From assembly GCA_963808235.1 (NCBI GenBank), contig CAWEEQ010000004.1, forward strand, positions 192,001 to 256,000: a DNA stretch of 64,000 bases, given 5' to 3'. Source of the stretch: an uncultured delta proteobacterium. Lineage in GTDB: Bacteria > Desulfobacterota > Binatia > Binatales > Binataceae. The notes under the pieces are model-generated. The model had not been told where the DNA came from and did no database searches. It saw nothing but the letters and a program-made list of their open reading frames with translations. The position numbers were made by a program, and so were the translations under genes. Positions 58,510 through 64,000 of this stretch are shown piece by piece; positions within the stretch are counted from its first letter, which is position 1, and each line of letters begins with the position of its first letter.

Positions 58510-59298
58510 ATGAGCGACCTGCGAATTTTTTCTTACTTGCCCAACCCGCGCATTTGGAAAGCGACCATCGCCGGGCGTCTATCTGGTGTCGAGGTTGAGG
58601 TACGAGGAAGCTCGCCGAAGGAGCTTCAATCATGGTTGTGGGACTTTGACGCACGGCCGCTCTCAGACAGCGAGCGAGCATCTCCCGCGGATACCAGGAC
58701 CGGCAAAGTCGGCTTCACCGGAACTCTTCACAAGACCGATGCGTTCATGACGGCGCATCCGTTTGGCACTGTCCCCGCCGCTTTCAGTCCCGACGGCAAG
58801 ACCGGCATTTTCGAATCGAACAGCATCATGCGAGCGGTTGCCCGCCTCGGTGAAGATCGATTTCCACTTTACGGCCGCGATGCCTACGAAGCGTCGCGGA
58901 TAGACAGCTTTCTCGACGCGAGCCTGGTGTTCGCGCGCGATTCGCAGATCTACCTGCTGTCGTTGATCAGTGGAACTCTTTCCTCCGAGATTCACGATAG
59001 AGCGCGCGACGCATTCACGGTCTACGCGGCCGGCATCGACCAGGCGCTCTCGCCTGACCGCAAGTTTATCGTTGGCGAGAACATAACGATCGCGGATATC
59101 TGCTTTGTTGCAGAGCTGAGTCTATTCTTCAACGAAAAATTGAGAACGCAGGAGCTCGAGCGGAAAGGACTCAAACCGATTCTGCATCTCGCAGTCGATG
59201 CTGAGTTTCCGCGCGCTTTCGCGCACTTTTCCAGATTGAGCAAACACCCGGCGTTCGCGCCCGACGTCGAGCCGTATCTCAAAAAGTTCAATCGCTGA
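58510..59298 (+). CDS. Glutathione S-transferase-like protein
   Basis: PFGTVPA, IFESNSI, TIADIC motifs. Confidence 0.8.
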   Translation: MSDLRIFSYLPNPRIWKATIAGRLSGVEVEVRGSSPKELQSWLWDFDARPLSDSERASPADTRTGKVGFTGTLHKTDAFMTAHPFGTVPAAFSPDGKTGIFESNSIMRAVARLGEDRFPLYGRDAYEASRIDSFLDASLVFARDSQIYLLSLISGTLSSEIHDRARDAFTVYAAGIDQALSPDRKFIVGENITIADICFVAELSLFFNEKLRTQELERKGLKPILHLAVDAEFPRAFAHFSRLSKHPAFAPDVEPYLKKFNR

Positions 59299-59324
59299 AA
59301 GAGATCGCGGCGAACGCGAGCGAT

Positions 59325-61055
59325 TCAGGATCGCTTCGATGCGAGTCCGACCCGGCCCATATAACTGCGGATGAAATCAGGCTGGATCGGTTTCACCAGG
59401 TAGTCATCGCATCCCGCTTCTATGGATCGACGCCGATGCTGTGCCTCTCCAAATCCGCTCAATGCTACGATAAACAGGTTCTTGAGGGTCGTCTCTGCCC
59501 GAATTCGGCGCGCCACCTCGTTTCCATCGATCCCCGGCAAGCCGATGTCGAGCAGCACGACCTCCGGCTTGAACGTCAGCAGCATCGCGAGCGCGACAAT
59601 TCCATCCTGCGCGATACTCACCTTGTGACCATCCATCGCCAGAAGCGATCCCAGGCCTTCGGCGACGTCGGCGTTATCTTCGACCAGAAGAATGCGCCGG
59701 CCGACGGCCGGCTCCGACGATTCAGCCGTCGCGTGCGGTCGATCTTCGATCGAAGGCTTCGCAGCGATCGGCAAGCGAACCGTAAACAGACTGCCCTGAC
59801 CAGCGCCCGCGCTGACGACGCCGACGGTGCCCCCGTGCAGGTCGGCGAGAGTCCGCACCAGGGCCAAACCCATGCCGAGACCTCGGGAGGAAGTCATTTG
59901 CGGTCCGTGCAGCTGGGTGAATAGTTCGAAGATGTTGTCTATCTGATCCTTCGGAATTCCGATTCCGGTGTCGCGAATGCCGATACTGATGCGGTCGTGC
60001 TCGAGTTTCGCAGCAATCGAGATTTCACCGCTGGTGGGCGTATATTTTGCGGCGTTGTCGAGCAGGTTCGATAACAATTGAGCGATTCGCACCGGGTCTG
60101 CCTCGAGGATAATGGGCTCGGGGGGGCACTCTATCGATAGCCGATGTTTGCGACGCTCGATCTGCGTGCGAGTGGTCTCCACCGCGTGATCGATCACGGC
60201 GCGGAGTTCGACCTGCTCCTTGTGCAGCGTCAATTTGCCGTGCTCGATTCGCGACAGATCGATAAGGTCGTCGACCATTCGGCTCAGATGCTGCGACTGC
60301 CGCGCCACGACATCGACCGCATGCATTGCTTCGGGATGTTTGGCGCCGAGCTTGATGTACAAGAGCTCGTTGGCGTTGACGATCGCGGCCAGAGGGTTTC
60401 TCAACTCGTGGCCAAGCATCGCGACGAACTCATCTTTATTTCGACTCGATTCAGCCTCGGCCTTGTATGCCTTCCACAATTGCCAACCGGAAGCGGCGAA
60501 GTGTGCGAGGGTGCGAACCACGCGCTCATCTTCACTGTCGAATTTTCGTTCATAGTTGTGCGCGACGATCCACACCGTTCCGACCGGTTTGCCATGATGT
60601 TGAAACGGGACCACGAGCGCCTCCACCAACCTCGGCTCGGACAAGAGAGCAGGAAAACGGCGGTCGGCAAGATACATCAACTGGGTCGAGTTCCGATCGA
60701 TACATACGCCGGATGGGCTCGCCCGACGCGGCATCGTGTCGTTGCGCCGCGATGACAACACTCCTGCCAGCGACTCCCAGCGGAAGACCTCGCCCTCCAG
60801 AATGCTGATTCCGGCGCTGCCGGCTTGGCACAGCTCGAGCGCCATCTCGACCAGCCTTTGCAGCATGTTGCGCGGATTCTCGGTCATCTCGGTTGCCAGC
60901 ACCGCCAAGGCCAGATCCTCAGCCTCGTAGTTAGGAGGCCGATGGGGACGAGAGCGCAGTTCGGAACGGATATCGATCTCCTCCAGCGTCGCCAGGTTCG
61001 GCGGTGGTCGGATCTGAGGCCGCGCCGATTCGTGCGGGATGCCTCTATGACTCAT
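59325..61055 (-). CDS. Hybrid sensor histidine kinase (GAF-HisKA-HATPase-REC)
   Basis: GHELRNPL, NLLDNAAKYT, DTGIGI, GLGMGL, LVEDN..LLDIGLP..KP. Confidence 0.93.
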   Translation of the reverse strand: MSHRGIPHESARPQIRPPPNLATLEEIDIRSELRSRPHRPPNYEAEDLALAVLATEMTENPRNMLQRLVEMALELCQAGSAGISILEGEVFRWESLAGVLSSRRNDTMPRRASPSGVCIDRNSTQLMYLADRRFPALLSEPRLVEALVVPFQHHGKPVGTVWIVAHNYERKFDSEDERVVRTLAHFAASGWQLWKAYKAEAESSRNKDEFVAMLGHELRNPLAAIVNANELLYIKLGAKHPEAMHAVDVVARQSQHLSRMVDDLIDLSRIEHGKLTLHKEQVELRAVIDHAVETTRTQIERRKHRLSIECPPEPIILEADPVRIAQLLSNLLDNAAKYTPTSGEISIAAKLEHDRISIGIRDTGIGIPKDQIDNIFELFTQLHGPQMTSSRGLGMGLALVRTLADLHGGTVGVVSAGAGQGSLFTVRLPIAAKPSIEDRPHATAESSEPAVGRRILLVEDNADVAEGLGSLLAMDGHKVSIAQDGIVALAMLLTFKPEVVLLDIGLPGIDGNEVARRIRAETTLKNLFIVALSGFGEAQHRRRSIEAGCDDYLVKPIQPDFIRSYMGRVGLASKRS

Positions 61056-61563
61056 CTCAAAACTCCGTCGCGATCCCGTTCCGAATCCGAAGGGAACGTT
61101 TCAAGCGCTAAGGGGTCGGTAACTATCGTAGGGCAACATAAACACGGCACGACTCGTACCAAAGGTGGAGATTAATTTCGAAGAAGTTTTCGCTTGGTGC
61201 GTCAGAACGACTAAATAGCCCCGGTTGACGCTTAAAGTACATGTGGCCAACGACAGAAGTTGTTCTTTGCGGGACATTATTGCGGTGCTGTGATTGTGCC
61301 CAAGGATCTAAGTTTTGTCAGAATAACTATCCGGGGCCGGACGTATGTCTGTAAGCCGGTAAAAAAGAATCATCACGATTTCCCGGTGACGTCTGAAATC
61401 ATGCAGATTCAACGGTGTAAAAAGGTCTTGAAATTGCATCTTATCTATTCAGGAAATCGCGTTTGAAATGCGAGCTAATAAGGGTTGGCGCCGGGATTCG
61501 GCGCTTGGGGGTAGTAACCAGTAAACCGTAAAGAACTCCGGCAGCTAACTTGGGAGGTACCTC

Positions 61564-62088
61564 ATGTTCAGCTTCACACGCACGGCCAGTTTCGCAACCA
61601 TGCTCGGCGCGATCGCGTTTGCGAGTCCTTCGTTTGCGGCCTCGGGCGATCTCTCTGGGCCAAATCCAGCTCGGGAAATGATTGCGCAGGCTTCTCCATC
61701 TGAAGGGGCAGGCGCCGTATCGGCGGCATCCACCGACAGCGAATCTCCTGTCGAGGCGCATATCAAGGAACTGCATCGGAAACTTCACATCACGGCTGCG
61801 CAAGATGCTCAGTGGGGTGCTCTTACCCAGGTGATGCGCGACAACGCGAAGGCCATGGTGGACCTCCAGAAGCAACGGGCGCAGGACGTGAAGTCGAGTA
61901 ACGCCGTCGAGGTCGTCAAGTCGTACGAGTCGGTGATCGAAGCGCACGAGGAAGGGATGAAGAAATTCGTGCCAGCCTTCGAGGCTCTCTACAACAGCAT
62001 GTCTGACGAGCAGAAGAAGTCCGCCGACGCTTTGTTCCGCAGCCGCGCACGCGCCGCCGCGAAAAAGGAAACCAAAGCGAATCAGTAA
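61564..62088 (+). CDS. Spy/CpxP (LTXXQ) family periplasmic protein
   Basis: SD GGAGG; signal peptide; ITAAQ..W and LY..MSDEQKK.AD. Confidence 0.8.
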   Translation: MFSFTRTASFATMLGAIAFASPSFAASGDLSGPNPAREMIAQASPSEGAGAVSAASTDSESPVEAHIKELHRKLHITAAQDAQWGALTQVMRDNAKAMVDLQKQRAQDVKSSNAVEVVKSYESVIEAHEEGMKKFVPAFEALYNSMSDEQKKSADALFRSRARAAAKKETKANQ

Positions 62089-62140
62089 ACTGAACCGGCA
62101 GAGTGAATAGATAAAACTGGAGTCGCTCCGACGCTGGAGA

Positions 62141-62485
62141 ATGACCATGGAAGCAGCCTTTAAGACGGGAAAGAAAGTGCGCTCAAGAATCGGCAGGATC
62201 GCGGCGGCGGTCGGACTCGCTCTGATGATATGCAGTGTAGCGGCAGGTCCGGCGCGAGCGGACGATCATGACAGAGGTCGCGGTCATGACGATCGAGGGC
62301 ATCACGATGATCACGATCGCGGCTGGGGCGGAGGCACTGTCTACGTCGCACCCGGACCGTATTACGCCCCTGACCCGGACTACTATGCCGCGCCGGAGCC
62401 CTATGAATACTATCCGCCGGAGCCCCAGCCGGATTACTATCCGCCGCCGCCACCTGAGGGAATCAACCTCTTTTTCGGCCGCTAG
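62141..62485 (+). CDS. Small secreted His/Asp- and Pro/Tyr-rich protein
   Basis: Signal peptide ending PARA, DDHDRGRGH repeats, YYAP repeats. Confidence 0.7.
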   Translation: MTMEAAFKTGKKVRSRIGRIAAAVGLALMICSVAAGPARADDHDRGRGHDDRGHHDDHDRGWGGGTVYVAPGPYYAPDPDYYAAPEPYEYYPPEPQPDYYPPPPPEGINLFFGR

Positions 62486-62724
62486 CATCGGGTCAAAAGG
62501 TCAATTGGAGCCGGCAATTCCGGCCGACGGACCTGTGTTCTTGAGAGAACAAGTTGTTGATGATTGAAACTGGCTGATAGGTGCGGTGGCCAGCCCCCTA
62601 TCCACAGGACGGAAAATAGCGTACATTACAGTCTAACGCTCGGATTGTTCCATTCTCCAAGCTTGGGAATAAGCCCAGGTCTTCGGTACGAGAGCTTCCC
62701 GGCACATACTTACGGAGGGCAAAA

Positions 62725-63057
62725 ATGCCCAGCAAATTGTACGTAGGCAATCTGGCCTACTCGGTATCCAACAGCGATCTGGAAGAACTGTTTTCACAAG
62801 CAGGCCAGGTCCAAAGTGTCGCAGTAATCACGGATAAATTTTCCGGCCAATCGAAGGGCTTCGGCTTCGTCGAGATGGCGAATGCGGAAGATGCTTCCAA
62901 GGCGATACAGACCCTGAATGACACGGATCTGAAGGGGAGAAATATCAAGGTTAGCGAGGCCAAGCCCCGCGAATCGAGCTTCGGCGGCGGCGGTGGCGGT
63001 GGCAACCGGCGCGGCGGTGGCGACAATCGCGGCGGCGGAGGCGGCGGCCGCTGGTAA
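62725..63057 (+). CDS. RRM RNA-binding protein with Gly-rich tail
   Basis: RNP2 LYVGNL, RNP1 KGFGFVEM. Confidence 0.95.
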   Translation: MPSKLYVGNLAYSVSNSDLEELFSQAGQVQSVAVITDKFSGQSKGFGFVEMANAEDASKAIQTLNDTDLKGRNIKVSEAKPRESSFGGGGGGGNRRGGGDNRGGGGGGRW

Positions 63058-63070
63058 ATTGATCGAAACT

Positions 63071-63100
63071 GGGCGGGCCCACGCGGCCCGCTCAGTTGTT
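63071..63100 (+). terminator. Candidate terminator
   Basis: GGGCGGGCC-CACGC-GGCCCGCTC followed by AGTTGTT. Confidence 0.5.
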
Positions 63101-63247
63101 TCAGGGGCTCGCTTACCGATCGAGTTCGATTTACTTCGACTAGTTCGATTGGTTCGCGTCCCTCTGGCACTTTCAGCTTTTTGGTCTATCTGCACTTCGG
63201 TTCGGAGAGCAGGCAGGTAAGCGTCAAAGACATAAGCAGGAGGCCCG

Positions 63248-63571
63248 GTGCCCAGAATATATGTAGGAAATCTCGCTGAATCAGTAACGCGTGATGATCT
63301 GCGGGCGCTTTTCTCCAAAGTAGGACGAGTCGGGGGCGCGTTGGTGATCACCGACAAAGCTACCGGCCGATCCCGGGGCTTCGGCTTCGTTGAGATGGTC
63401 GAGGTCGAAGACGCGATCAACGCCGCGGTTTATTTCAGCGGTACGGAGCTGGAAGGCCGCAAGATCCTGATCGATCCATATCGTCCGCAGGAGCCGGGCG
63501 CGCAGAAATATCGCGGCGAACGTAAACGGCGTCCGCGCGTCAAGCGCTCGAGCAGCAACGGCACGGCGTAG
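63248..63571 (+). CDS. Second RRM RNA-binding protein with basic tail
   Basis: IYVGNL, RGFGFVEM; SD AGGAGG. Confidence 0.9.
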   Translation: MPRIYVGNLAESVTRDDLRALFSKVGRVGGALVITDKATGRSRGFGFVEMVEVEDAINAAVYFSGTELEGRKILIDPYRPQEPGAQKYRGERKRRPRVKRSSSNGTA

Positions 63572-63637
63572 CGCAAACAATTTGCGGAGCCGACGAGCGG
63601 ACCCGCCGATGAAACAGTTTCGAGCAGGAGACCATAG

Positions 63638-63928
63638 ATGCAGGTGGAAGCGTTGGCGCCGTGGAGAACGCATGACTGGAAAGTTCGCACTATAGAATCA
63701 ATTGCTCCGGGAGGCGGCTCGCGGCTGGCCTTCACCTGCAGAAGTTGCGGCAGGATTTTCAACCAGACGACGATCAATAGCCGGACCTGGGCGGTCGACG
63801 CGCTTGGGGTCGCGCTATCCGACGGCGTCACCATCCGATGGCTCGCTGAAAGTTGCCTGCGCAAGCCTACCGATGGCGACGAAGACGATCGCAAACAATT
63901 CAAGAACGGACCTGTGCTGCAAAGCTGA
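63638..63928 (+). CDS. Small hypothetical protein with His/CxxC (possible Zn site)
   Basis: SD AGGAG; HDW...CRSC...C. Confidence 0.6.
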   Translation: MQVEALAPWRTHDWKVRTIESIAPGGGSRLAFTCRSCGRIFNQTTINSRTWAVDALGVALSDGVTIRWLAESCLRKPTDGDEDDRKQFKNGPVLQS

Positions 63929-64000
63929 AATCCGGCCGCCCGGTATGCCTTTCGCCTGGCTCGGCGATGAAACAAATCAACCGATAATTCGTCTGTATCG

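Noticed and set aside
53044-64000. Integrated element at tRNA-Glu
   Set aside because: Accessory content is suggestive, but no integrase or duplicated tRNA 3' end is visible in the window

Overview
GC-rich bacterial chromosomal window. The gene content (sirC-ccsA-hemA-hemC/cobA/hemD-hemB, lon, rng, smc, ftsY-zapB-zapA-ssrS-ygfA-rny) looks Desulfobacterota/Binatota-like; this assignment is an inference. Housekeeping blocks alternate with accessory inserts. The most interesting locus is at 21839-25460: a translationally coupled ImmA/IrrE-type metallopeptidase and XRE repressor lie divergent from an orphan operon encoding a GNAT/acyl-synthase-like protein and a class-I isoprenoid-synthase-fold (DDxxD) protein, followed by a hairpin-flanked micro-ORF (MQHV, or the 16-aa MRSIVIRNKEASMQHV). 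This could be an undescribed damage-inducible peptide or small-molecule modification system, or a defence system. Other points: a sigma54 promoter before two paralogous 57-aa membrane proteins; a tRNA-Arg-like gene with a slipped anticodon loop at the edge of a HEPN-like/RusA-like islet; a 22-bp direct repeat of the trxB 3' end flanking an inserted gene; patches of A/T-ending synonymous codons inside conserved genes; and an isoGHIJ-like glutathione-dependent catabolic cassette. Several frameshifts (rlmI, VOC, GST) suggest indel errors in the assembly, so gene fusions and micro-ORFs need read-level confirmation. All family assignments come from motif recognition by eye; no database searches were run.
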